64,000 nucleotides of DNA. Source: Leptonemataceae bacterium (GTDB taxonomy: Bacteria; Spirochaetota; Leptospiria; Leptospirales; Leptonemataceae). The DNA is taken from NCBI GenBank assembly GCA_965227295.1, contig OZ245742.1, forward strand, positions 4,864,001 through 4,928,000. Direction: 5' to 3'. Each line of letters starts with the position of its first letter. The first letter of the stretch is position 1. Below are positions 40,801 to 49,884 of the stretch, piece by piece. The notes below the pieces were generated by a model that saw nothing but the letters and a program-made list of their open reading frames with translations, had not been told where the DNA came from and did not search any database. Both the position numbers and the translations under genes were made by a program.

Positions 40801-42749
40801 GCCCAGGCCGCCGCCGCTTCGCCGATGCTGTGCCCGACCACCGCGGCCGGTCGAATGCCGTAATGCTTCAGGAGTTCGGTCAGCGCGACCTGCATGGAAA
40901 AGATGGCCGGCCACATGACCTCAATGTCGCCGAGACGCGAGGAGCCTTCGTCCTTCTGAAGCTCCTCGATGAGCGACCAGCCCGCCAGGCTTTTGATTTC
41001 CCGGTCACATTCTTCTATAATAATGCGAAATACTTCCTCTCGTTCCAGCAGCTCGCGCCCCATGCCGATCCACTGAGAGCCCTGCCCGGAATAGACAAAG
41101 GCCACGCGGCGATCCGGACCGCGCTCGTACTCGTAGGCGTCCTCGCCTGCGACCAGGCCGGGACGCTCTTCTTCCGCCAGATAGGCCTGCAATTGTTCGA
41201 TGAGTTCCGCGCGATCACGACCGGCCACGGCGAGCCGGTGGCCGTGCAGGCTGCGCCGTGCACTGAGGGTGTAGCAGACATCGGCCAGGGGCAGGTCCTC
41301 GTTTTCTTCGAGCAGTGCCAGGTAACGCGAGGCCAGTTCACGCAGGGCCTCCGGGGCCCGGGCCGTCAAATTCAGTACAAAACGTCCGATGGAATCGTCC
41401 GCCGCCTGGCGGGACGGAGCCGGGGCCTCTTCCATCACCACGTGGGCGTTGGTCCCGCCGATGCCGAAGGAATTTACCGAGGCGAACCGCACCTGGGCAT
41501 CTCTGGGAAGTTCCATGACTTCCGTCGGGATGCGAATGGGCAGGCGATCCCAGGGGATGTTCGGATTGGGTTCTTTGAAGTGCAGCGAAGGCGGAACGAG
41601 CCCCCGATCCAGGACCAGGGCCGTTTTTACCAGGCCGCCGATTCCGGCGGCGGCCTCCATGTGACCGACGTTCGTTTTCACGGAGCCGATGAGCAGCGTA
41701 TCATCCTCCGGACGGTTTTCGCAGAGCACGTTCGACAGCGCGCGTACTTCCACCGGATCGCCGCGCTTCGTGCCGGTGCCGTGGGCCTCGACGTAGCGGA
41801 CCTCGCGCGGGTCCACGCCCGCGGTGCGATATGCCTGGCGCAGCATGGCCTCCTGGCCGCGCACGCCCGGCGTGCCGAAGGATCCACTGGTCCGCGCGTC
41901 GTTGTTCACGGCACTGCCGCGGACGACCGCGTAGATGGGATCGTTGTCGGCCACGGCGTCTTCCAGGGGCTTGAGTAAGATGAGTCCGGCACCTTCCGCC
42001 CGCACGTAACCGGAGCCGGTGGCGTCGCCGAAGCGACAGCGGCCGTCTTTGGCCATCATGCGTGACTGAGAGTAAGCGATGGTGATCTGCGGTTGCAGGA
42101 GCAGGTTCACGCCGCCGGCCAGGGCCATCTCGCAACCACGTTCCCGCAGACTCTGGCAGGCCAGGTGCACCGTTACCAGGGACGACGAACAGGCCGTGTC
42201 CACCGCCATGCTGGGGCCGTCCAGGCCCAGGGTAAACGAGAGCCGACCGGCCGCGGTATAGCGTCCGGTGCCCTGCGTACGATAGAAGTCCATGCCCGCG
42301 GGATCATTGAACAGAAAGTCTTCGTAGTCACTGCCCCACAGGCCGACGAACACACCGGTACGCCGTCCGCGAAAGTGCTCGGGAGTTTGTCCGCCGTCGT
42401 CAATGGCCTCCACCGCGGTTTCGAGCAGCAGACGCTGCTGCGGGTCCATGGCCTGGGCCTCCCGGGGCGTAATGCCGAAGTACGCGGCGTCGAAACCATC
42501 CACCTGATCCAGGAAGCCGCCCCATTTCGCGTAGGTCTTCCCGCGCTGGGGCTTCGGATCGTAGTAATCGTCGAGGTTCCAGCGACTGCCGGGAACCTCG
42601 GTGATGGCATCGACTTCGTTGGTCAGCAGCTTCCAGAAGGACGCGGGATCCGCGGCAGACCCGGGAAAGCGACAGCCGATGCCGATGATGGCGATCGGCT
42701 CGTCCGGATCGACTCGCTGGATTTGCGGGCTGTTTGCGTTACGTTCCAT
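34884..42749 (-). CDS. Type I modular PKS: KS-AT-AT-DH(atypical)-ER-KR-ACP
   Basis: KS DTACSSS/EAHGTGT/NVGHME; AT1 GHSIG...AAVHC; AT2 GHSVG...YAFHS; ER LIHSAAGGVG; KR TGGLGDLG, IDD, YSAAN; ACP GMDSL. Stop overlaps next start (ATGA). Confidence 0.95.
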   Translation of the reverse strand: MERNANSPQIQRVDPDEPIAIIGIGCRFPGSAADPASFWKLLTNEVDAITEVPGSRWNLDDYYDPKPQRGKTYAKWGGFLDQVDGFDAAYFGITPREAQAMDPQQRLLLETAVEAIDDGGQTPEHFRGRRTGVFVGLWGSDYEDFLFNDPAGMDFYRTQGTGRYTAAGRLSFTLGLDGPSMAVDTACSSSLVTVHLACQSLRERGCEMALAGGVNLLLQPQITIAYSQSRMMAKDGRCRFGDATGSGYVRAEGAGLILLKPLEDAVADNDPIYAVVRGSAVNNDARTSGSFGTPGVRGQEAMLRQAYRTAGVDPREVRYVEAHGTGTKRGDPVEVRALSNVLCENRPEDDTLLIGSVKTNVGHMEAAAGIGGLVKTALVLDRGLVPPSLHFKEPNPNIPWDRLPIRIPTEVMELPRDAQVRFASVNSFGIGGTNAHVVMEEAPAPSRQAADDSIGRFVLNLTARAPEALRELASRYLALLEENEDLPLADVCYTLSARRSLHGHRLAVAGRDRAELIEQLQAYLAEEERPGLVAGEDAYEYERGPDRRVAFVYSGQGSQWIGMGRELLEREEVFRIIIEECDREIKSLAGWSLIEELQKDEGSSRLGDIEVMWPAIFSMQVALTELLKHYGIRPAAVVGHSIGEAAAAWASGSISLADAVRVIVTQGKLVHETSGQGGMALIGLPFHEAEAEVEKYGGKLVAAIEASPKSTVLSGDITALDEVVRDLEGRDILARRVNTPAAVHCALMDPLKDRLLEQLKDLSLQSAAIPFYSATLGMAYDGHRLDAGYWWDNIREPVLFKSAVDAIVDDHVDAFLEVSPHAIVERSIEECLSEHQAKGVAASTLRSESDEAAALERALSKLASGGVEVDLDRLRRDSSLNPLRLHDGRPRVAFVFSGQGPQWYAMGRELFEREPIYRNKIEEIDALLQQAQKKAGHDTWSLLDELNKDEGASRIMDTEIAQPAIFALQVGLAELWKSWGVLPDAITGHSVGEVAAAHVSGKLSLEDAVTVIYHRGRLMQEATGLGKMAAVQLTLEACEKYLAGYEGRVEIGVANSPGSSVLSGETAALEEILAKIEQDGIYQKMLPNNYAFHSPQMEPFKEKMSAEMKKLGLQARAPETPIVSTVTGKLAGDEDYGAEYWGQNIRGSVLFVTAVDVLIDAGYDLFLEIGPHPVLSGYVNECLERAEARGHTVASLNRKQPEHLHLLGNLGKLFTLGYTIDWERYFDGRGRAQRLPAYAWQRERYWIDPPKRGAAEGRALSNTPHPLLQSRIAAAEPIVQALLLRENDTAPLFGHSLFEIMTLTPGDSLEATLLAVDEHLRTVQDSNKTLVLRDLQIERPVGLFDDEAVEIQLLLSANDFRAYDRIESEDGGEWRRHLYGKVSLEIPGTVRDEDIAPKFRGFSQSIAPNDFYDTLADAGVHFEEGMRAAVTEIRTKDAEAIASLEPGALPDATVFSFGFALFQALFREDAAPGHLYTPCSIDRIRLVSRWQKASVAWLEARLDASTGQNLNGSLRFYGADGTVLIEMSHLRFRAMSHPDLMLVSPKGIRDWLYEPKWVEASLRPEHQTGTYDGYLVIGSGTSAVDEAVAGVLGQDGTEIQMISSIDLARTYLARGGSFGIVYLRGLSERDESTDLARQEALCKDLITLVQNMAEYDVDARLMIVTRGAQPVHTEAVPDYHAATLWGMGSVIASEFPQWRPLRLDLDPREEPVAGARLILEELISSGGDSQVGYRGGLRYVQRLDRKAVARDSGGRTSATREPVVLETTGRGLIDNLTVHPLQRRMPGPDEVEIEVAYTGLNFRDVLSALDMYPEGPVPFGIECAGRIASVGENVIDLSVGDQVMGLCVEPGFASYVVTPADLVIRKPSTLNLEAAAGVPLVFLTCYYALNHLARISGDDRILIHSAAGGVGLAAIQVARMEGAKIFATVSTDEKRQYLESIGVEPDCIFDSRSTDFATRIMELTNGEGIDIVLNSLSGEFIPKGIEILRKNGRFLEIGKKDIFSAKDVAAIKKGVSYFVIDLMDVAHKTPDLIQSMLLHLSEEFENGNLATEPLTQFDFAHVRDAFRQMARGKHIGKLVVSHEQARVAAQTFEGFREDGTYLITGGLGDLGLFFARRLASSGAGNIVLTGRREPREEVKEKIRAIEEETGARVQVLRGDVSQTEDVRKILASMDAGMPALRGIVHAAGVIDDGLFRDQTWERYAKVMQAKVAGSQALHEMTVGRSLDFFVFFSSIASLLGLPAQSNYSAANAFMDALAHQRRSMGLPGLSIHWGPWAQIGMVADLAASEEGTRLRRTGTSFMPPELGWQAFEHLLHSGAAEAGVIHVQWDTFAQMLPGGIVPGYLSELISEIGGESGAGGAGSTAGILDSLASTPVNRREEVLLGYLRDQVRQILGMKPNQPVDPSKGFKDVGMDSLMTVEFRNRLQQGLDTTLPSTLAFDYPNLNTLTTFLLEQALTLPGPESEGAASDPEEAPALVAAPALPASPAAEVLRGEDVDALSEEDAESMLLAELDIFKARQSGQRRRPARPQAKSVANPVAAPAPNTAPPRPESKASDVNVQTSDVKPAAPSAEVNSNGSSGGSENGKPGVLSADQLDSISDDEAEQLLQAELKIFGQRKSQ

Positions 42750-43200
42750 AGACCATATCCCACCGAAGCGTCGCCGTCGCGACCCTGCTGCATTCTAAAC
42801 TGTAAATTTTATTGAAAATGACCGAACAATCAGACTGCCCTGCGGAACGGCGCGCTGAATGCTTTCGAATGTGAAGTCGTACCATGTAAAATGACGACAG
42901 TGAAAACTATCTAACAAAGTGCTTCAGTAGGACGGCTTAAAAAAGCAAGTGTTAAATCTCAGGCAACGATAAACTGTATCAAAACTACTTCGGCTCTGTC
43001 TTTATGGATCTTTTCCGGAACATTAAGCAACAAACAATTTCGAATCTTACGTTTCTCGCAGTGTATTTTTGAGATGCGGGTAAAATTACTGAAACTAAAA
43101 GTTTAAGCGGGAAAATTTCGGAATCTTAATTGCACGAAACTTAAAAAAACGGCAGTTCCTCAAGTTAGCCGCCGCCCCGGGCGGCGGTGACAGCGGCGAA
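42750..43200. promoter_or_regulatory. AT-rich divergent promoter region between the PKS operon and the STAS gene
   Basis: About 450 bp non-coding and clearly AT-rich compared with flanking genes, between divergent starts. Individual promoter elements not assigned. Confidence 0.55.
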
Positions 43201-43296
43201 ATGCGGAAATCGAGCCGGGAAAATTGCTTGTATCTTCCGCCCTGGCTCCGGAATTTCCGTAAACATAGTCATTTCTCCCCCTTGCCGGCTGACTCT

Positions 43297-43641
43297 ATGC
43301 AATTAAACGAAAAAGACTGCCTCCTTACCTACGATCCCTCCAGCGCCGTGGTTGCCATGGAGGGCAGCCTGCGCCTCGCCGGCATACCTGAGTACGATCC
43401 CGTAAAAGATTTTCTCCAGCGCTCCGCCGAACAGGCCGGCGAGAAACTGATCCTGGACGTTCGGGGCCTTGAGTTCCTGAACAGCGCCGGCATTACGGCC
43501 ATCAGCCTCTTTGTGATTGCGGCGAAGAAAAACGGCCGGCCCCGTCTACAGTTCGTCGCTTCGAAAGAGTATGCCTGGCAGGGCAAGTCGCTGCGGAATT
43601 TTACGCGGCTCTGGGATCAGGTGGATCTGCGGATCGAATAA
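43297..43641 (+). CDS. STAS-domain anti-sigma factor antagonist-like protein (Slr1659-like)
   Basis: GSLRL...LDVRGLEFLNSAGI (STAS phospho-Ser motif) and C-terminal WQGKSLRNF. Start at MQLNEK. Confidence 0.75.
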   Translation: MQLNEKDCLLTYDPSSAVVAMEGSLRLAGIPEYDPVKDFLQRSAEQAGEKLILDVRGLEFLNSAGITAISLFVIAAKKNGRPRLQFVASKEYAWQGKSLRNFTRLWDQVDLRIE

Positions 43642-43682
43642 AACGAAAAACGGCGCGACCGGGAGTTCCGACCGCGCCGTTT
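43640..43682 (-). terminator. Intrinsic terminator of the Cys-rich gene, possibly bidirectional
   Basis: AAACGGCGCG (43648-43657) and CGCGCCGTTT (43673-43682) form a stem; on the minus strand it runs into TTTTTCGTTTT; lies between convergent genes. Confidence 0.7.
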
Positions 43683-43706
43683 CCACGGAAAAAGATTCCG
43701 TTAACT

Positions 43707-44060
43707 TTACTTCTTCTGAACGTAAGGATAGAGGCACTGACCGCCGGCGATGCACGCCTGAGCGTTGGCCGTAGGACCGTGCTGCTGATAGCAGCCCAGC
43801 GCCGCGGCCTTGTTGGCCTCGCAGCCCTTCACGCAATTACTGATGAAACGGCGCTTCTGACGCTGAATCTTGCGCAGCTCATTGGCCCGGGACGGATCCT
43901 GGTTACCAAGCACCAAACACTCATGCATAAATTCGCAGACCGCCGTGCAGTTGTTGGCCTGCGCCGGGGTCGATTGTAGGGCCAGAAGGCCGATAAAGGC
44001 GGCCGCCATGGCCGCGGTGGACAAAGATTTTCCTGTAATTTTCCGGATGCTGTGAATCAT
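43707..44060 (-). CDS. Secreted 8-Cys protein, resembles Leptospira Cys-rich small proteins
   Basis: Signal peptide ending AQA; mature part has 8 Cys with two CxxxC pairs. Start could be 44069 or 44060. Confidence 0.7.
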   Translation of the reverse strand: MIHSIRKITGKSLSTAAMAAAFIGLLALQSTPAQANNCTAVCEFMHECLVLGNQDPSRANELRKIQRQKRRFISNCVKGCEANKAAALGCYQQHGPTANAQACIAGGQCLYPYVQKK

Positions 44061-44233
44061 AGACTCCATTCTCCTGCGTGTTTCGACGGGGATGGTCACT
44101 CCCGCGAAACTGTATCAATTTCGCAACACTTTTCCCGTGTTGCTTATCCGACGAGCGGTCTAAGGGTCGCGTTTACTTTTTTCGTTGTTGTTCAGGTGCC
44201 GGTCTGATGATTTTGTGAGCATTTTTCAGAACC

Positions 44234-46243
44234 ATGAATCAGACAAATCTGCAGAAATCCCGCACCTACGCCGTTTTTGCGATCTTCGGACTCGCCCTGC
44301 TCTACCGACTGTGGGGCATCGAAAATTCCCTGAGCGACTTCCATCATTTCCGTCAGACCTACACGGCGCTCTTTGCCCGCTTTTTCTATCGCGAGGGCAT
44401 GAACATCCTCGATCCCAACGTCGGCATCCACAACTACGCGAACATCTCCGAGTTTCAGCTCTATCCGTTCGTCGTCGCCGCACTGTATCACATCTTCGGC
44501 GAACACGCGATCATTGGTCGTTTGGTTTCGGTGGCCTGCTCCATGGTTACCATGACGCTGCTGTACTTTACGGTGAAGCGCTACTACAACCGGCGGGCGG
44601 CCATCTTCGCGGCTCTGTTTTTCGCCATCCTGCCGATGATGGTCTACTACTCGCGCACGTTCATGCTGGAGTCCATGCTCGTCATGTTCTGCATGCTCGC
44701 TCTCTACGGCCTCACGCGCTTCCTCGACGGTGACGGCTTCGTATTCTACATTCTGGGCGTGCTGGGAGCGGCCCTGGCCATGCTGGTAAAAATCCCTTCG
44801 GCCTTCATTATGCTGCCCATGGCGTTTCTGTTTTTCAATCGCTTCGGCCTGCGCATCTTTCTCGCGCCGTCGGCGTATCTTTTCGCCCTGCTCGCCGCGG
44901 CACCGGCCGTTACCTGGTACTACATTTTCCCGGAACTTTTCACGGAGTCCGGCATCTTCGACAGTGCCGCCCGGGACATCTATACGCACCCGGCCATGGT
45001 AGAACTCTACAAACAGCAACTCGCCCGCTGGGACACCTGGTCCAAACTATTGTTCGATCGCCTGGGAGAAAAGTACCTGGCGGTGAGCGGTTTCGTGTTC
45101 CTTATGGCAGCGGTACAACTGCGGGTCTGGGACGTCTTCCGTGCGCGCCTGCTTGAACCGCTGCGGGAACGCACTCCGCTCGTTCGGAACCTGACGAAAG
45201 AGAACCGGATCGCCGCCGGCGCCCTGCTCGTATTGTACATCATCGGCGGATGGCTTCTGGCGTTGCTCGCATCGTTGATCGTCTGGTTGATCGACTTCTT
45301 TGCCCGCGTCGGCGAACGCGGCATCCCCGATGCCGACCGTGTGTTCGCCGACGGCCGCGTGCGCAACGAGCGTGGAGACAGCCGCGAGCAGCTTGTGTTC
45401 TACGTCTGGATTCTGGGCGTGTTCGCCTTCGCCGTGGCGTTCATCATGCCGAACCTGGTGCACGACTACTATCAACTGCCCATCCTCGTGCCGGCCTGCG
45501 TACTCATCGGAGGCTACCTGGACTTCATCTTACGCAAACACGAAACACAATCTCAGGATCGCCGGCGCTACGGCCTGGTGATCCTGCATGCGGTGCTCGT
45601 TGCGGCAGTGGCCCCGTACTCCATCATCAAGGTCTCAGAAAAACTCACGATCGATCCTTTTTACGAAGACTTCGGCAAACGCATCCAGGCCGTGACCGAA
45701 CCCGACGAGGACGTCGCTTACATCGATCGCATGCCCCGCACCGAGGTCCTGTACTTCGCCGATCGAAAAGGGTACATCGGCACCACGGTAGCGAGTCCCA
45801 TCGGCGGCGGGGTTCTGTTTGTAATGCCCGGTGCCCAGAAAGTTTTGATTCATCACATCGAGCACTTTCATCGTGAGGGCGCGCGCTACATGGCGACGCC
45901 GTACATCGAGTTTCCGAAGTACTTTCCCATCGTGAAAGAGTACATGGACGAAAACTACGTCAATCTGCTCGAGGGCGTCGAAGTGGAACAACCGCCGGGC
46001 GAGGTCTTCGATCCGGCGAAACGTTTCCCGGGCGTGGTCTACGACCTCGGTCCGCCGGAAACGGCGCCTCCGGAAGAGGAATCGAAGCGACTCCTGGAAG
46101 ACCTCCCGGCCCTTCAGGGAAAACAAACGAAATCATCCGGCGATAAGCCGCGGCGCATCTTCGGTTTCGAAGGCGATGAACACGGGGGCAAGAAGTTCGA
46201 CGAACTCCTCGGCCCCGAAAACGGAGGAAGCAATCATGAGTGA
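44234..46243 (+). CDS. ArnT/PMT-like (GT39/GT83) membrane glycosyltransferase
   Basis: Many hydrophobic helices; RQTYT, EFQLY, GRLVS, YYSRTFMLES, HDYYQLP patterns typical of GT-C/PMT_2 proteins. Confidence 0.75.
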   Translation: MNQTNLQKSRTYAVFAIFGLALLYRLWGIENSLSDFHHFRQTYTALFARFFYREGMNILDPNVGIHNYANISEFQLYPFVVAALYHIFGEHAIIGRLVSVACSMVTMTLLYFTVKRYYNRRAAIFAALFFAILPMMVYYSRTFMLESMLVMFCMLALYGLTRFLDGDGFVFYILGVLGAALAMLVKIPSAFIMLPMAFLFFNRFGLRIFLAPSAYLFALLAAAPAVTWYYIFPELFTESGIFDSAARDIYTHPAMVELYKQQLARWDTWSKLLFDRLGEKYLAVSGFVFLMAAVQLRVWDVFRARLLEPLRERTPLVRNLTKENRIAAGALLVLYIIGGWLLALLASLIVWLIDFFARVGERGIPDADRVFADGRVRNERGDSREQLVFYVWILGVFAFAVAFIMPNLVHDYYQLPILVPACVLIGGYLDFILRKHETQSQDRRRYGLVILHAVLVAAVAPYSIIKVSEKLTIDPFYEDFGKRIQAVTEPDEDVAYIDRMPRTEVLYFADRKGYIGTTVASPIGGGVLFVMPGAQKVLIHHIEHFHREGARYMATPYIEFPKYFPIVKEYMDENYVNLLEGVEVEQPPGEVFDPAKRFPGVVYDLGPPETAPPEEESKRLLEDLPALQGKQTKSSGDKPRRIFGFEGDEHGGKKFDELLGPENGGSNHE

Positions 46244-46583
46244 AGGCGAGTTTCACGCAAAACAACTGGGCAGTCGAACGATCGTTACCATCGAGGGACC
46301 GCGCATCGACATTTCGTCCGTAAGTATACTGCGGCGCAACTTACTGGAGTACATGCAGGGTCTGCCTCCGGAAGCCATGGAGATTGCCGTGGATCTGGGC
46401 GAGCTGATCAACCTGGATTCCAGCGGCATTGCGCTGATGGTGCATCTGAAAAAACAGGTGAGCGAGCAGAATCGTAAGTTCTATTTGCTCCGGGCCAACG
46501 ATGCCATCCGCAAAATGCTACAGCTTTCGAACCTCAGTAACCTCTTCGAATACCTGGAAACCGACGACGGGCAGCCCGCCTGA
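46236..46583 (+). CDS. STAS-domain anti-sigma factor antagonist
   Basis: GGAGG RBS; VDLGELINLDSSGIALM motif; start overlaps the end of the glycosyltransferase gene. Confidence 0.85.
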   Translation: MSEGEFHAKQLGSRTIVTIEGPRIDISSVSILRRNLLEYMQGLPPEAMEIAVDLGELINLDSSGIALMVHLKKQVSEQNRKFYLLRANDAIRKMLQLSNLSNLFEYLETDDGQPA

Positions 46584-46587
46584 GCCG

Positions 46588-48042
46588 TCAGCCTTTCGCC
46601 GGCACGTTCGCCGTAAGCTCTTCGTGAATCGTGGCCGCACACTTGCGTCCCTCGGAGATGGCCCAGACAATGAGCGACTGCCCCCGGCGGGCGTCGCCGC
46701 AGCTGTAGACGCGATCCAGGTTCGTCTTGAAGAAGCCGGGCTCGCGACCGAACTCCGATTTCACGTTCCCCCACTGGTCCAGTTCCAGGCCCATATCGAC
46801 GAGTTCCTGCACGAGACCGTTTCTCACCGGGGCAGCGTAGCCCATGGCCAGCAGTACGAGGTCGGCGTCCCACAGCTCCTCGGAGCCCGGGACATCGATG
46901 AAACGCCCTTCCTCGTTTTTCTCGACACGACAAATGCGCAGATGGGTGACCTGCCCGCTCGCGTTGCCGACTAATTCCAGGGGTTTGATGTTAAAGCGAC
47001 GGTCCACGCCCTCTTCGTGGGATGATGACGTGTAGTAGATGTCCGGATACAACGGCCAGGGCTGATGCTCGGGACGATCTTCCGGCGGCTTCGGAGAACG
47101 GCGGAAGTTGATGATGTTCTTCGCACCCTGACGATTGGCCGTGCCGATGCAATCCGAACCGGTGTCCCCGCCGCCGATGACGATGACGCTTTTGCCCGTG
47201 GCCGAGATGGCACCGGGAACCTCGTCGCCGGCCACCTGACGGTTGGCCTGGATGAGATACTTCATGGCAAACTCGACGCCCTTCAGGTCGGCGCCGGGAA
47301 TCCGCAACGGAATGGGCGCCTCGGCGCCGATGGCAACGACCAGTGCGTCGAAGCTATGCAGCAGTTCTTTCGCGGAGACGTCCTCGCCCACGGTGATACC
47401 GCACTTAAAGACGACGCCTTCTTGTTTCATTTGCTTCACGCGGCGATCGATGTGCCACTTTTCCATTTTGAAGTCGGGGATGCCGTAGCGCAACAGCCCG
47501 CCGATGCGATCGAACTTCTCGAATACGGTGACGCTGTGCCCGGCCCGGGCCAGTTGTTGGGCACAGGACAGGCCGGCGGGGCCGGAGCCGACGACGGCCA
47601 CGGTCTTGCCGCTGAGCTTCTCCGGCGGATGCGGTTCCACCCAGCCTTCCTCGAAACCGTGATCGATGATGGAACGCTCAATGCTCTTAATGGTTACCGG
47701 CGGATCGGTGATGCCCAGGACGCAGGCGGACTCGCACGGTGCCGGACACAGGCGGCCGGTGAATTCCGGGAAGTTATTGGTGCTGTGCAGATTGTCCAGG
47801 GCGTCTCGCCACAGGCCGCGGTATACCAGGTCGTTGAACTCGGGGATGATGTTATCCGTGGGGCAGCCGGTTTCGCCGTGGCAGAAAGGGATGCCGCAGT
47901 CCATGCAGCGGGACGCCTGGGCCCGGGTCGCGCGATCGTCGAGGGTCTTCTCGAATTCCTTGTAGTGCCGCACCCGTTTCTCGACGGGCTCGTAGGTCGG
48001 CGACACCCGATTGACTTCCATGAATCCGCGAATCTTGCTCAT
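46588..48042 (-). CDS. gltD: Glutamate synthase (NADPH) small subunit
   Basis: RCMDCGIPFC, GRLCPAPCESAC, GSGPAGL, GGGDTGSDC, GDARRGQSLIVWAISEGR. Confidence 0.95.
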   Translation of the reverse strand: MSKIRGFMEVNRVSPTYEPVEKRVRHYKEFEKTLDDRATRAQASRCMDCGIPFCHGETGCPTDNIIPEFNDLVYRGLWRDALDNLHSTNNFPEFTGRLCPAPCESACVLGITDPPVTIKSIERSIIDHGFEEGWVEPHPPEKLSGKTVAVVGSGPAGLSCAQQLARAGHSVTVFEKFDRIGGLLRYGIPDFKMEKWHIDRRVKQMKQEGVVFKCGITVGEDVSAKELLHSFDALVVAIGAEAPIPLRIPGADLKGVEFAMKYLIQANRQVAGDEVPGAISATGKSVIVIGGGDTGSDCIGTANRQGAKNIINFRRSPKPPEDRPEHQPWPLYPDIYYTSSSHEEGVDRRFNIKPLELVGNASGQVTHLRICRVEKNEEGRFIDVPGSEELWDADLVLLAMGYAAPVRNGLVQELVDMGLELDQWGNVKSEFGREPGFFKTNLDRVYSCGDARRGQSLIVWAISEGRKCAATIHEELTANVPAKG

Positions 48043-48179
48043 GTGACTGGCTCCGCCCCGCGCAAGCGCTCACACGATTGCGCGGGGAATACTACTATTA
48101 TAGTAAGTATACAACCAGAAATGCGGAGCGGGGGCCCTGCTTCAATAGAAAAAAGGCCGGAAATCGCGACCTGACCCGT

Positions 48180-49016
48180 TCAGCCGAAACGACCGGTGAT
48201 GTAGTCCTCGGTGAGTTTCTCGGACGGGTTCGTAAAGATGCGGAACGTGCGATCGTATTCGACGATGCGGCCCTGGTAAAAGAACGCGGTGTAGTCGCCG
48301 ACGCGGGCGGCCTGCTGCATGTTGTGCGTTACAATCAGAATGGTGTAGTTCTTCTTGAGTTCGGAAATGAGTTCTTCGATCTTGCGCGTGGAGATGGGAT
48401 CCAGGGACGCCGTGGGTTCGTCCATGAGCAGGACCTCCGGCAGCATGGCGATCGCCCGCGCGATGCAGAGCCGTTGTTGCTGACCACCCGACAGGCTGTA
48501 GGCGCTCTCTTCGAGTTTGTCTTTGACTTCATCCCACAGGTACGCGCGCTGTAGCGACTCTTCGACGAGTTGATCGAGTTCGCCCGTATAGCCGTTCAGC
48601 CGCGGACCCAGGGCGATGTTTTCGTAGATGGTCTTCGGAAAAGGATTCGGTTGCTGGAAGACCATGCCGACGCGCAGACGAATTTCCACGGGATCCACGC
48701 GCGGCCCGTAAATGCCCTCGCCGCCGATCCGGATATCCCCCGCCACGTGACAGTCCGGAATGAAATCGTTCATGCGATTCAGCGCGCGCAAGAACGTGGA
48801 CTTTCCGCAGCCCGACGGACCGATGAAAGCCGTGATGCGATTCTTGTACACGTCAAGGTCCAGCCCGTCGATGGCGTGAAAGTCCCCGTAGGAGATGCGC
48901 ACATTCCGGCAGGCAAACTCAATCTCCGGAAGCTCTTCGGCCTCTCCGGGTTGCACGGAAAATTGCATTCGACCTCTTTCCGCTGATTCGGCCATTTTAC
49001 TCGTGTCGCCGCGCAT
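48180..49016 (-). CDS. pstB: Phosphate ABC transporter ATP-binding protein
   Basis: [47 protein letters not shown]. Confidence 0.96.
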   Translation of the reverse strand: MRGDTSKMAESAERGRMQFSVQPGEAEELPEIEFACRNVRISYGDFHAIDGLDLDVYKNRITAFIGPSGCGKSTFLRALNRMNDFIPDCHVAGDIRIGGEGIYGPRVDPVEIRLRVGMVFQQPNPFPKTIYENIALGPRLNGYTGELDQLVEESLQRAYLWDEVKDKLEESAYSLSGGQQQRLCIARAIAMLPEVLLMDEPTASLDPISTRKIEELISELKKNYTILIVTHNMQQAARVGDYTAFFYQGRIVEYDRTFRIFTNPSEKLTEDYITGRFG

Positions 49017-49020
49017 AGGT

Positions 49021-49884
49021 TCAGTGTAGATGTTTCAGACGATTGGCGTAATAGACGCGCAGGCCGATGGCCACGGCGTTCATGGCCAGCAGCACCACGA
49101 GCAAGACAATGATGCCCGAGGCGGCGAGGGAATGAAACTCCGGTTGCGGCCGGCTCGTCCAGTTGAATATCTGAATCGGCAGCACCGTAAAGCCGTCCAG
49201 CGGAGACGCCGGCAGGAACGCCACGAAGGTCAGCGCGCCGATCATGATCAACGGAGCCGTTTCGCCGATCGCCCGCGAGAGGGCCAGGATGATTCCGGTG
49301 AGCATGCCCGGCAAGGCCACCGGCAATACCATGTGACGGACCACCTGCCAGCGCGTCATGCCGATGCCGAAGCCGGCGTGACGAAAGCTGTCCGGCACCG
49401 CCCGCAACGCTTCCTGCGCTGCAATGGTAATGACCGGTAAGATCAACAAAGCCATAGTTAAGGAGCCGGCCAGCAGAGAACGGCCCAGGGAAAGCCCGCG
49501 CACAAATAACGTGAGCCCCAGGATGCCGTAGACGATGGACGGCACGCCGGCCAGATTCTGGATGTTCAGTTTAATGAAACGCACCGCTCGAGATTCGCGG
49601 GCATACTCTTCAATGTAAATGGCCGCGCCGATGCCCATGGGAATGGCGAACAGCGCGGTAAGGCCGAGCATGAAAACACTGCCGACGATGGCCGAGAGAA
49701 TGCCGGCCTTTGCCGGCGTCCGCGACGGATAGTTGCCGAGGAAGTCCAGTGAAAGATACGTGAGGCCGTCGCCGAGTACACCGAAGAGGAGCGCCAGCAG
49801 AAACAGTAACGCGAGGACGTTGGCCGCGAGGCAAAACGACTGGAAGATGAGTCCGAAGATCTGGTAGCGAATCCGCAGGTTCAA
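49021..49884 (-). CDS. pstA: Phosphate ABC transporter permease
   Basis: [32 protein letters not shown] start overlaps the pstC stop. Confidence 0.95.
   Translation of the reverse strand: MNLRIRYQIFGLIFQSFCLAANVLALLFLLALLFGVLGDGLTYLSLDFLGNYPSRTPAKAGILSAIVGSVFMLGLTALFAIPMGIGAAIYIEEYARESRAVRFIKLNIQNLAGVPSIVYGILGLTLFVRGLSLGRSLLAGSLTMALLILPVITIAAQEALRAVPDSFRHAGFGIGMTRWQVVRHMVLPVALPGMLTGIILALSRAIGETAPLIMIGALTFVAFLPASPLDGFTVLPIQIFNWTSRPQPEFHSLAASGIIVLLVVLLAMNAVAIGLRVYYANRLKHLH

Noticed and set aside
40245..41978. 577-aa plus-strand ORF, and many other long antisense ORFs over the PKS, kinase and carboxylase genes
   Set aside because: Shadow frames of GC-rich coding sequence, fully antisense to genes with clear motifs, with no motifs of their own.
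43169..43187. CCGCCGCCC-C-GGGCGGCGG inverted repeat as a terminator or REP element
   Set aside because: No U-tract, no gene ends there, and no other exact copy was seen; function unsupported.
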